From the human T2T-CHM13v2.0 reference genome, Homo sapiens: 64,000 bases of DNA. Below, piece by piece: positions 52,826-64,000 of the stretch; the first letter of the stretch is position 1; each line of letters begins with the position of its first letter. The stretch lies in NCBI GenBank assembly GCA_009914755.4, contig CP068257.2:8128001-8192000 (forward strand), written 5' to 3'. The translations under genes and the position numbers were made by a program. The notes beneath the pieces are model-generated. The model was not told the origin of the DNA. It saw only the letters and a program-made list of their open reading frames with translations, and did no database searches.

Positions 52826-55800
52826 CCATAGGCCTCAAAGCACTGGTAATATCCATTTGCAGATACTACAAAAAGACTGTTCCCAAACTGCTCAATAAAA
52901 AGAAAGTTTCAACTCTAGGAGATAAAAGCAAATATCACAAAGAAGTTTCTCAGAAACTTTCTATCTAGTTTTTATGTGAACATATTTCTTATCACCCCAT
53001 AGACCTCAATCGGCTCACAAGTATCCTTCTGCAGATTGTAAAAAAGTACTGTTTCCAAACCGCTCAATCACAGGAAAGGTTTAACTCTGTGAAATGAATG
53101 CATCCATCACAGAGAAGTTTCTCAGAATGCTTCAGTCTCGTTTTCATGTGAAGAAGATTCCTTTTCCACCATATTCCTCATGTGCTCCAAATAAACACTT
53201 GCAGATTCCGCTAAAAGAGTGTTTCAAAACTGCTCAATCAAAAGAAAGGTTCTAGTCGGTGAGATGAATGCACACATCACAAAGAAGTTTCTATGAATGT
53301 TTCTGTCTGATTTATATTGAAGATATTTCCTTTTTAACCGTAGGCCTCAGAGTGCTTAAAATATCCATTTGCAGATACTAGAAAAGACTGTTTCCAAACT
53401 GCTCAATCAAAGTAAAGTTCAACTCAGTGAGATGAATGCACACATCACCAAGACGTTTCTGAGAAAGATTCTGTCTCGTTTTTCTGTGAAGATATTTCCT
53501 GTTTCCCCAGAGGCATCAATGGGCTCACAAATATTCCTTTGCATATTCTACAAAATGACTGTTCAGAAGGTGCTCAATCAAAAAAAAAGTTCAACAGTGT
53601 GAGATGAATGCGCCCATTCAAAGGAAGTTTCTCAGAATTCTTCTATCTAGTTTTTATGTGAAGATATTTCCTTTTTCACTATAGGCCACAAAGTGCTCCA
53701 AATATCCACTTGCAGACTCTACAAAACGAGTGTATCCACACTGCTCAATCAAAAGAAAATTTCAACTGTGTGAGATGAATGCACACATCAAAATAAATTT
53801 CTCCAAAACTTCTGCCTACTTTTTATGGGAAGATATTTCGTTTTTCAACGTAGGCCAAAAGCACTCCAAATATCAATTTGCAGATTCTACAAAAAGACTG
53901 TTTCCAAACTGCTCAATCAAGAGAAAGTTTCAACCCGGTGAGTAGAAGTCACACATGACAAAATAGTTTCTCAGAAAGTATCTGTCTAGTTTTTATGTGA
54001 AGATATTTCCTATCACCCCAGAAGCCTCAATGGGCTCACAAATATTCCTTTGCAGATTCTACAAAACGACAGTTTCAAAACTGCTGAATCAAAAGAAAGG
54101 TTCAACTCTGTGAGATGAATGCACAGATCACAAATAAGTTTCTCAGAATGCTGCTGTCTAGTTTTTATGGGAAGATAATTCCTTTTCCACCATAGGCCTC
54201 AAAGCTCTCCAAATAGCCATTTGCAGATACTGTAAAAAGACTGTTTCCAAACTGCTGAATCAAAAGAAAGGTTGAACTCCATGAGTTGAATGCACACGTC
54301 ACAAAGAAGTTTCTCAGAATGGTTCTGACTAGTTTTTATGTGAAGATATTTTCTTTTCCACCATAGGCCTCAAAGCGCTGAAAATATCCACTTGAAGATT
54401 CTACAGAAAGAGAGTTTCAAAACTGCTCAAACAAAAGAAAGATTCAACTCTGTGAGATGAATGCACACATCACAAAGAAGTTTCTCAGAATGCTTCTGTC
54501 TAGTTTTATGTAAAGATATTTCCTTTTCTACTATAGGCCACAAAGCACTCCAAATATCAACTTGCAGATTCTGCAGAAAGAGATTTTCAAAGCTGCTCAA
54601 TCAAAAGAAAAGTTCAACTCTTTGAGATGAATGCACACATCATGAAGTTCCTCAGAATGCTTCTATTTTTATGTGAAGATATATCCTTTTCTACCATAGA
54701 CCACAAAACGCTCCAAATATCCCCTTGCAGTTTCTACTAAAAGAGTGTTTCCAAACGGCTCAATCAAAAGAAAGTTTCAACTCTGTGAGATGAATGCACA
54801 CATCATAAAGAAGTTTCTCAGTAATTTTCTGTCTAGTTTTTATGTGAAGATATTTCCTTTCCTACTATAGGCATGAAAGTGCTGCAAATATCCGTTTGCA
54901 GATACTGCAAAAAGACTGTTTCCACACTGCTCAATCAAAGGAAATGTCCAACTCTTTGAGTTGAATGCATGCATCTCGAAGAGATTACTTATAATGATTC
55001 TGTCTAGTTTTGATGTGAAGATATTTGCTTTTCCACCAGTGGCCTCAAACTCTCCAAATATCCACTTGCAGATTCTACAATAAGAGTGTTTCAAAACTGC
55101 TCAATCAAAAGAAAGGTTCAACACTGTGAGATGAATGCACACGTCACAAAGCACTTTCTTAGAATGCTTCTGTCTAGCTTTTATGTGAAGATATTTCCTT
55201 TTTCACCATAGGCTGTAAAGCGCTCCAAATATCCCTTTCAGATTCTACAGAAAGAGTATTTCAAAACTGTTCAATCAAAAGAGAAACTCAACTCTGGTGA
55301 TGAATGCACGCATCACAAAGCAGTTTCTCATAATGTTTCTGTCTAGTTTTTATGTGAAGATATTTCCTTTTCCACTATAGGCCGTAATGCACTCCTAATA
55401 TCCACTTGCAGATTCTACAGAAAGACTGTTTGCAAACTGCTCAAACAAAAGAAAAGTTCAACTCTGTGAGTTGAATGAGCACATCACAAAGAAGTTTCTC
55501 AGAATGCTTCTGTCTAGTTTTTATGTGAATATATTTCCTTTTCCACTATACGCCGTCATGCGCTCCAAATATCCACTTGCAGATTCTACAAAAAGACTGA
55601 TTCCAAACTGCTCAATCAAAAGAAAAGCTCAACTCTGTGAATTGAATGAGCACATCACAAAGAAGTTTCTCAGAATGCTTCTATCTCGTTTTTATGTGAA
55701 TATATTTCCTTTTCCACCACAGGCCACAAACACTCCAAATATCCACTTGAAGATTCTACAAAAAGAGTGCTTCAAAAATGCTCAATCAAAAGAAAGGTTC

Positions 55801-56740
55801 AACTCTTTGAGATGGATGCACACATCACAAAGAAGCTTCTCAGAATGTTTCTGTCTAGTTTTTTTGTGAAGATATTTCCTTTTCCACCGTAGTCCTCAAG
55901 TCTCTCCAAATATCTACTTTCAGAATCTCCAAAAAGAGTGTTTTAAAACTGCTGTACCAAAGAAAGTTTCATGTCTGAGATATGACTGCATACAACACAG
56001 AGAAGTTTCTCAAAGTGCTTCTGTTTATTTTTTTTATGAAGATATTTCCTTTTCCACTATGGGCCACAGAGCGCTCCAAATATCGACTTGCAGATTCTAC
56101 AAAAAGAGTGTTTCAAAACTGCTCAATCAATAGAAAGTTTGAAGTCTGTGAGATGAATGCACACATCACAAAGGAGTTTCTAAGAATGCTTCCATCTGAA
56201 TTTTATGTGAGGATATTTCCTTTTTCACCATAGGCCTCAGTACACTCCAAATATCCATTTACAGATAATACAAATGACTGTATCCAAACTGCTCAATCAA
56301 AAGAAAGTTCAACTGTGTATGATGAAGGCACACATCACAAGGCTGTTTCTCAGAAAGATTTTGTCTAGTTTTTAGGTGAAGATATTTCTTATTTCCCCAG
56401 AGGCCTCAATGGGCTCTCAAATATTCCCTTTCATATTCTACTAAATGACTGTATCGAAGCTGCTCAATCAAAAGACGGGTTTAACAGTGTGAGACGAAAA
56501 TACACCTTCCTAGGAAGTTTCTCAGAATTCTTCTTTCTAGTTTTTTATGTGAAGATATTTCCTTTTCCACTATAGGCCTCAAAGCGTTCCAAATATCCAC
56601 TTGCAGATACCACAAATAGAGCGTTTCAAAACTGCTCAATCAAAAGAAAGGTTCAACTCTGTGAGATGAATGCAGACATCAAAAAGAAGTTTCTCAGAAT
56701 GCTTCCGCCTAGTTTTTATGTGAAGATATTTCCTTTTTCA
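52826..56740 (-). repeat. Alpha satellite HOR copy 1, 3,915 bp (~23 monomers), the short form with a single copy of the 333-bp dimer.
   Basis: The anchor ccataggcctcaaagcactggtaatatccatttgcagatactacaaaaagactgttcccaaactgctcaataaaaag occurs at 52,826, 56,741 and 60,988. ORF-track peptides recur at the same 3,915/4,247-bp offsets (53369/57284/61531, 53730/57645/61892, 54840/59088/63335, 55982/60229). Confidence 0.85.
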
Positions 56741-59700
56741 CCATAGGCCTCAAAGCACTGGTAATATCCATTTGCAGATACTACAAAAAGACTGTTCCCA
56801 AACTGCTCAATAAAAAGAAAGTTTCAACTCTATGAGATAAAAGCAAATATCACAAAGAAGTTTCTCAGAAACTTTCTATCTAGTTTTTATGTGAACATAT
56901 TTCTTATCACCCCATAGACCTCAATCGGCTCACAAGTATCCTTCTGCAGATTGTAAAAAACTACTGTTTCCAAACCGCTCAATCACAGGAAAGGTTTAAC
57001 TCTGTGAAATGAATGCATCCATCACAGAGAAGTTTCTCAGAATGCTTCCGTCTCGTTTTCATGTGAAGAAGATTCCTTTTCCACCATATTCCTCATGCGC
57101 TCCAAATAAACACTTGCAGATTCCGCTAAAAGAGTGTTTCAAAACTGCTCAACCAAAAGAAAGGTTCTAGTCGGTGAGATGAATGCACACATCACAAAGA
57201 AGTTTCTATGAATGCTTCTGTCTGATTTATATTGAAGATATTTCCTTTTTCACCGTAGGCCTCAGAGTGCTTAAAATATCCATTTGCAGATACTAGAAAA
57301 GACTGTTTCCAAACTGCTCAATCAAAATAAAGTTCAACTCAGTGAGATGAATGCACACATCACCAAGACGTTTCTGAGAAAGATTCTGTCTCGTTTTTAT
57401 GTGAAGATATTTCCTGTTTCCCCAGAGGCATCAATGGGCTCACAAATATTCCTTTGCATATTCTACAAAATGACTGTTTAGAAGGTGCTCAATCAAAAAA
57501 AAAGTTCAACAGTGTGAGATGAATGCGCCCATTCAAAGGAAGTTTCTCAGAATTCTTCTATCTAGTTTTTATGTGAAGATATTTCCTTTTTCACTATAGG
57601 CCACAAAGTGCTCCAAATATCCACTTGCAGACTCTACGAAACGAGTGTATCCACACTGCTCAAACAAAAGAAAATTTCAACTGTGTGAGATGAATGCACA
57701 CATCAAAATAAATTTCTCCAAAACTTCTGCCTACTTTTTATGGGAAGATATTTCGTTTTTCAACGTAGGCCAAAAGCACTCCAAATATCAATTTGCAGAT
57801 TCTACAAAAAGACTGTTTCCAAACTGCTCAATCAACAGAAAGTTTCAACCCGGTGAGTAGAAGTCACACATGACAAAATAGTTTCTCAGAAAGTATCTGT
57901 CTAGTTTTTACGTGAAGATATTTCCTATCACCCCAGAAGCCTCAATGGGCTCACAAATATTCCTTTGCAGATTCTACAAAAAGGCAGTTTCAAAACTGCT
58001 GAATCAAAAGAAAGGTTCAACTCTGGGAGATGAATGCACAGATCACAAATAAGTTCCTCAGAATGCTGCTGCCTAGTTTTAATGGGAAGAGATTTCCTTT
58101 TCCACCATAGGCCTCAAAGCTCTCCAAATAGCCATTTGCAGATACTGTAAAAAGACTGTTTCCAAACTGCTGAATCAAAAGAAAGGTTGAACTCCATGAG
58201 TTGAATGCACACGTCATAAAGAAGTTTCTCAGAATGGTTCTGACTAGTTTTTATGTGCAGATATTTTCTTTTCCACCATAGGCCTCAAAGCGCTGAAAAT
58301 ATCCACTTGAAGATTCTACAGAAAGAGAGTTTCAAAACTGCTCAAACAAAAGAAAGATTCAACTCTGTGAGATGAATGCACACATCACAAAGAAGTTTCT
58401 CAGAATGCTACTGTCTAGTTTTATGTAAAGATATTTCCTTTTCTACTCTAGGCCACAAAGCACTCCAAATATCAACTTGCAGATTCTGCAGAAAGAGTTT
58501 TTCAAAGCTGCTCAATCAAAAGAAAAGTTCAACTCCTTGAGATGAATGCACACATCATGAAGTTCCTCAGAATGCTTCTATTTTTATGTGAAGATATATC
58601 CTTTTCTACCATAGACCACAAAACGCTCCAAATATCCCCTTGCAGTTTCTACTAAAATAGTGTTTCCAAACGGCTCAATCAAAAGAAAGTTTCAACTTTG
58701 TGAGATGAATGCACACATCACAAAGAAGTTTCTCAGAATGCTTCTGTCTAGTTTTATGTAAAGATATTTCCTTTTCTACTATAGGCCACAAAGCACTCCA
58801 AATATCAACTTGCAGATTCTGCAGAAAGAGTTTTTCAAAGCTGCTCAATCAAAAGACAAGTTAAACTCTTTGAGATGAATGCACACATCATGAAGTTCCT
58901 CAGAATGCTTCTATTTTTATGTGAAGATATATCCTTTTCTACCATAGACCACAAAACGCTCCAAATATCCCCTTGCAGTTTCTACTAAAAGAGTGTTTCC
59001 AAACGGCTCAATCAAAAGAAAGTTTCAACTCTGTGAGATGAATGCACACAACATTAAGTAGTGTCTCAGTAATTTTCTGTCTAGTTTTTATGTGAAGATA
59101 TTTCCTTTCCTACTATAGGCCTGAAAGTGCTGCAAATATCCGTTTGCAGATACTGCAAAAAGACTGTTTCCACACTGCTCAATCAAAGGAAATGTCCAAC
59201 TCTGTGAGTTGAATGCACGCATCTCAAAGAGATTACTTATAATGATTCTGTCTAGTTTTGATGTGAAGATATTTGCTTTTCCACCAGTGGCCTCAAACTC
59301 TCCAAATATCCACTTGCAGATTCTACAATAAGAGTGTTTCAAAACTGCTCAATCAAAGAAAGGTTCAACACTGTGAGATGAATGCACACGTCACAAAGCA
59401 CTTTCTTAGAATGCTTCTGTCTAGCTTTTATGTGAAGATATTTCCTTTTTCACCATAGGCTGCAAAGCGCTCCAAATATCCCTTTCAGATTCTACAGAAA
59501 GAGTATTTCAAAACTGTTCAATCAAAAGAGAAACTCAACTCTGGTGATGAATGCACGCATCACAAAGCAGTTTCTCATAATGTTTCTGTCTAGTTTTTAT
59601 GTGAAGATATTTCATTCTCCACTATAGGCCGTAATGCACTCCTAATATCCACTTGCAGATTCTACAAAAAGACTGTTTGCAAACTGCTCAAACAAAAGAA

Positions 59701-60987
59701 AAGTTCAACTCTGTGAGTTGAATGAGCACATCACAAAGAAGTTTCTCAGAATGCTTCTGTCTAGTTTTTATGTGAATATATTTCCTTTTCCACTATAGGC
59801 CATCATGCGCTCCAAATATCCACTTGCAGATTCTACAAAAAGACTGTTTCCAAACTGCTCAATCAAAAGAAAAGCTCAACTCTGTGAGTTGAATGAGCAC
59901 ATCACAAAGAAGTTTCTCAGAATGTTTCTATCTAGTTTTTATGTGAATATATTTCCTTTTCCACCACAGGCCACAAAACCTCCAAATATCCACTTGAAGA
60001 TTCTACAAAAAGAGTGCTTCAAAAATGCTCAATCAAAAGAAAGGTTCAACTCTTCGAGATGGACGCACACATCACAAAGAAGCTTCTCAGAATGTTTCTG
60101 TCTAGTTTTTTTGTGAAGATATTTCCTTTTCCACCGTAGTCCTCAAGTCTCTCCAAATATCTACTTTCAGAATCTCCAAAAAGAGTGTTTTAAAACTGCT
60201 GTACCAAAGAAAGTTTCATGTCTGAGATATGACTGCATACAACACAGAGAAGTTTCTCAAAGTGCTTCTGTTTATTTTTTTTATGAAGATATTTCCTTTT
60301 CCACTATGGGCCACAGAGCGCTCCAAATATCGACTTGCAGATTCTACAAAAAGAGTGTTTCAAAACTGCTCAATCAATAGAAAGTTTGAAGTCTGTGAGA
60401 TGAATGCACACATCACAAAGGAGTTTCTAAGAATGCTTCCATCTGAATTTTATGTGAGGATATTTCCTTTTTCACCATAGGCCTCAGTACACTCCAAATA
60501 TCCATTTACAGATAATACAAATGACTGTATCCAAACTGCTCAATCAAAAGAAAGTTCAACTGTGCATGATGAATGCACACATCACAAGGGTGTTTCTCAG
60601 AAAGATTTTGTCTTGTTTTTAGGTGAAGATATTTCTTATTTCCCCAGAGGCCTCAATGGGCTCTCAAATATTCCCTTTCATATTCTACTAAATGACTGTA
60701 TCGAAGCTGCTCAATCAAAAGACGGGTTTAACAGTGTGAGACGAAAATACACCTTCCTAGGAAGTTTCTCAGAATTCTTCTTTCTAGTTTTTTATGTGAA
60801 GATATTTCCTTTTCCACTATAGGCCTCAAAGCGTTCCAAATATCCAATTGCAGATACTACAAATAGAGCGTTTCAAAACTGCTCAATCAAAAGAAAGGTT
60901 CAACCCTGTGAGATGAATGCAGACATCAAAAAGAAGTTTCTCAGAATGTTTCCGCCTTGTTTTTATGTGAAGATATTTCCTTTTTCA
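56741..60987 (-). repeat. Alpha satellite HOR copy 2, 4,247 bp (~25 monomers), the long form with a tandem duplication of a two-monomer unit.
   Basis: The segment beginning cacatcacaaagaagtttctcagaatgct(a/t)ctgtctagttttatgtaaag occurs twice in tandem at 58,381-58,713 and 58,714-59,045. In copy 1 it occurs once, at 54,466-54,798. Copy 2 and copy 3 peptides are identical or differ by one residue. Confidence 0.85.
58714..59045 (-). repeat. Extra 332/333-bp alpha dimer. It is the second copy of the tandem duplication that distinguishes the long HOR form from the short one.
   Basis: It is near-identical to 58,381-58,713. Both copies are also present in copy 3 at ~62,625-63,290. Only one copy is present in HOR copy 1. 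Confidence 0.8.
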
Positions 60988-63900
60988 CCATAGGCCTCAA
61001 AGCACTGGTAATATCCATTTGCAGATACTACAAAAAGACTGTTCCCAAACTGCTCAATAAAAAGAAAGTTTCAACTCTAGGAGATAAAAGCAAATATCAC
61101 AAAGAAGTTTCTCAGAAACTTTCTATCTAGTTTTTATGTGAACATATTTCTTATCACCCCATAGACCTCAATCGGCTCACAAGTATCCTTCTGCAGATTG
61201 TAAAAAACTACTGTTTCCAAACCGCTCAATCACAGGAAAGGTTTAACTCTGTGAAATGAATGCATCCATCACAGAGAAGTTTCTCAGAATGCTTCCGTCT
61301 CGTTTTCATGTGAAGAAGATTCCTTTTCCACCATATTCCTCATGCGCTCCAAATAAACACTTGCAGATTCCGCTAAAAGAGTGTTTCAAAACTGCTCAAT
61401 CAAAAGAAAGGTTCTAGTCGGTGAGATGAATGCACACATCACAAAGAAGTTTCTATGAATGCTTCTGTCTGGTTTATATTGAAGATATTTCCTTTTTCAC
61501 CGTAGGCCTCAGAGTGCTTAAAATATCCATTTGCAGATACTAGAAAAGACTGTTTCCAAACTGCTCAATCAAAATAAAGTTCAACTCAGTGAGATGAATG
61601 CACACATCACCAAGACGTTTCTGAGAAAGATTCTGTCTCGTTTTTATGTGAAGATATTTCCTGTTTCCCCAGAGGCATCAATGGGCTCACAAATATTCCT
61701 TTGCATATTCTACAAAATGACTGTTTAGAAGGTGCTCAATCAAAAAAAAAGTTCAACAGTGTGAGATGAATGCGCCCACTCAAAGGAAGTTTCTCAGAAT
61801 TCTTCTATCTAGTTTTCATGTGAAGATATTTCCTTTTTCACTATAGGCCACAAAGTGCTCCAAATATCCACTTGCAGACTCTACGAAACGAGTGTATCCA
61901 CACTGCTCAATCAAAAGAAAATTTCAACTGTGTGAGATGAATGCACACATCAAAATAAATTTCTCCAAAACTTCTGCCTACTTTTTATGGGAAGATATTT
62001 CGTTTTTCAACGTAGGCCAAAAGCACTCCAAATATCAATTTGCAGATTCTACAAAAAGACTGTTTCCAAACTGCTCAATCAACAGAAAGTTTCAACCCGG
62101 TGAGTAGAAGACACACATGACAAAATAGTTTCTCAGAAAGTATCTGTCTAGTTTTTACGTGAAGATATTTCCTATCACCCCAGAAGCCTCAATGGGCTCA
62201 CAAATATTCCTTTGCAGATTCTACAAAACGACAGTTTCAAAACTGCTGAATCAAAAGAAAGGTTCAACTCTGGGAGATGAATGCACAGATCACAAATGAG
62301 TTTCTCAGAATGCTGCTGCCTAGTTTTAATGGGAAGAGATTTCCTTTTCCACCATAGGCCTCAAAGCTCTCCAAATAGCCATTTGCAGATACTGTAAAAA
62401 GACTGTTTCCAAACTGCTGAATCAAAAGAAAGGTTGAACTCCATGAGTTGAATGCACACGTCATAAAGAAGTTTCTCAGAATGCTTCTGACTAGTTTTTA
62501 TGTGAAGATATTTTCTTTTCCACCATAGGCCTCAAAGCGCTGAAAATATCCACTTGAAGATTCTACAGAAAGAGAGTTTCAAAACTGCTCAAAAAAAAGA
62601 AAGATTCAACTCTGTGAGATGAATGCACACATCACAAAGAAGTTTCTCAGAATGCTTCTGTCTAGTTTTATGTAAAGATATTTCCTTTTCTACTCTAGGC
62701 CACAAAGCACTCCAAATATCAACTTGCAGATTCTGCAGAAAGAGTTATTCAAAGCTGCTCAATCAAAAGAAAAGTTCAACTCCTTGAGACGAATGCACAC
62801 ATCATGAAGTTCCTCAGAATGCTTCTATTTTTATGTGAAGATATATCCTTTTCTACCATAGACCACAAAACGCTCCAAATATCCCCTTGCAGTTTCTACT
62901 AAAAGAGTGTTTCCAAAAGGCTCAATCAAAAGAAAGTTTCAAATCTGTGAGATGAATGCACACATCACAAAGAAGTTTCTCAGAATGCTTCTGTCTAGTT
63001 TTATGTAAAGATATTTCCTTTTCTACTATAGGCCACAAAGCACTCCAAATATCAACTTGCAGATTCTGCAGAAAGAGTTTTTCAAAGCTGCTCAGTCAAA
63101 AGACAAGTTCAACTCTTTGAGATGAATGCACACATCATGAAGTTCCTCAGAATGCTTCTATTTTTATGTGAAGATATATCCTTTTCTACCATAGACCACA
63201 AAACGCTCCAAATATCCCCTTGCAGTTTCTACTAAAAGAGTGTTTCCAAACGGCTCAATCAAAAGAAAGTTTCAACTCTGTGAGATGAATGCACACATCA
63301 TTAAGAAGTGTCTCAGTAATTTTCTGTCTAGTTTTTATGTGAAGATATTTCCTTTCCTACTATAGGCCTGAAAGTGCTGCAAATATCCGTTTGCAGATAC
63401 TGCAAAAAGACTGTTTCCACACTGCTCAATCAAAGGAAATGTCCAACTCTGTGAGTTGAATGCACGCATCTCAAAGAGATTACTTATAATGATTCTGTCT
63501 GGTTTTGATGTGAAGATATTTGCTTTTCCACCAGTGGCCTCAAACTCTCCAAATATCCACTTGCAGATTCTACAATAAGAGTGTTTCAAAACTGCTCAAT
63601 CAAAAGAAAGGTTCAACACTGTGAGATGAATGCACACGTCACAAAGCACTTTCTTAGAATGCTTCTGTCTAGCTTTTATGTGAAGATATTTCCTTTTTCA
63701 CCATAGGCTGCAAAGCGCTCCAAATATCCCTTTCAGATTCTACAGAAAGAGTATTTCAAAACTGTTCAATCAAAAGAGAAACTCAACTCTGGTGATGAAT
63801 GCACGCATCACAAAGCAGTTTCTCATAATGTTTCTGTCTAGTTTTTATGTGAAGATATTTCATTCTCCACTATAGGCCGTAATGCACTCCTAATATCCAC

Positions 63901-64000
63901 TTGCAGATTCTACAAAAAGACTGTTTGCAAACTGCTCAAACAAAAGAAAAGTTCAACTCTGTGAGTTGAATGAGCACATCACAAAGAAGTTTCTCAGAAT
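60988..64000 (-). repeat. Alpha satellite HOR copy 3, long form, truncated by the window end.
   Basis: It is collinear with copy 2 at a +4,247 offset throughout. Examples are 57284..57481 vs 61531..61728 (identical 65-aa peptide), 58017..58217 vs 62264..62464 (1 aa difference) and 59088..59342 vs 63335..63589 (1 aa difference). Confidence 0.85.

Noticed and set aside
42671-64000. 60-130-aa ORFs throughout alpha satellite, several recurring exactly every ~3.9-4.25 kb (e.g. 55471..55869, 59805..60116, 57284..57481, 61531..61728).
   Set aside because: Their recurrence reflects the HOR periodicity. They are low-complexity, lysine- and phenylalanine-rich translations of 171-bp monomers. They are useful only as markers of HOR collinearity and are not coding sequences.
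40715-64000. CENP-B boxes (YTTCGTTGGAARCGGGA) in the alpha monomers.
   Set aside because: I looked at the box position in every monomer I could read and found only pJalpha-type motifs. The nearest look-alike is ttttcaacgtaggcc at ~53,850, 57,765 and 62,010, and it lacks the required CGGG. I report this as an apparent absence pending a proper motif scan.
52826-64000. Regularly spaced near-identical repeats that could superficially suggest a CRISPR-like array or segmental gene duplication.
   Set aside because: The repeats are contiguous 171-bp alpha monomers organised as a HOR, with no spacer/repeat alternation. The sequence is unmistakably primate centromeric satellite.
1-64000. Telomeric (TTAGGG)n, rDNA, tRNA or other structured RNA genes, and promoters.
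   Set aside because: None seen. The only non-satellite sequences are the L1 3' end and the ~55-bp Alu-like fragment.

Overview
This window is human or great-ape pericentromeric satellite DNA and carries no genes. What is worth reporting is satellite architecture: domain junctions, an inversion breakpoint, HOR copy-number variants, and retroelement fragments whose presence tracks the age of the array layers.

- **1-40,714: HSat3-type pentameric satellite.** The + strand shows the C-rich strand, (ATTCC)n / CATTC with CATTCGATTCC and CATTCGAGTCC variants, and is almost G-free. It has at least two structurally distinct domains. Domain A (1-~25,050) carries a recurring landmark GAATAAATTCCATTCGAGACCATTCC...CATTACATTTGGGTCC about every 0.9-1.6 kb. 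Domain B (~25,050-40,714) is CCACT-rich, with alternating CCACTCC-type and CGATTCC/GAGTCC-type sub-blocks. Domain B also holds two clusters of a CpG-containing ~300-bp variant unit and a ~55-bp decayed Alu fragment.
- **~40,714: abrupt junction into alpha satellite** (171-bp monomers).
- **40,715-51,174: divergent monomeric alpha in consensus (+) orientation.** It is interrupted at 41,485-42,670 by a 5'-truncated antisense L1 3' end (ORF2 C-terminus, 3'UTR and poly-A).
- **~51,174: an alpha-satellite strand switch** (inversion breakpoint).
- **51,175 to window end: minus-oriented alpha.** First come ~9 divergent monomers, then from ~52.8 kb a homogeneous higher-order repeat (HOR). Its copies are 3,915 bp and 4,247 bp, differing by a tandem 333-bp two-monomer duplication. 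The third copy is truncated by the window end.

Every alpha monomer I read is A-type, with a pJalpha-like TTCCTTTTTCACCATAG motif, and I saw no CENP-B box. Apart from two disrupted L1 ORF2 remnants, every ORF in the supplied six-frame track is a periodic translation artefact of the satellites. I cannot support any novel protein-coding, defence or operon-like system here. I cannot assign the chromosome from sequence alone.
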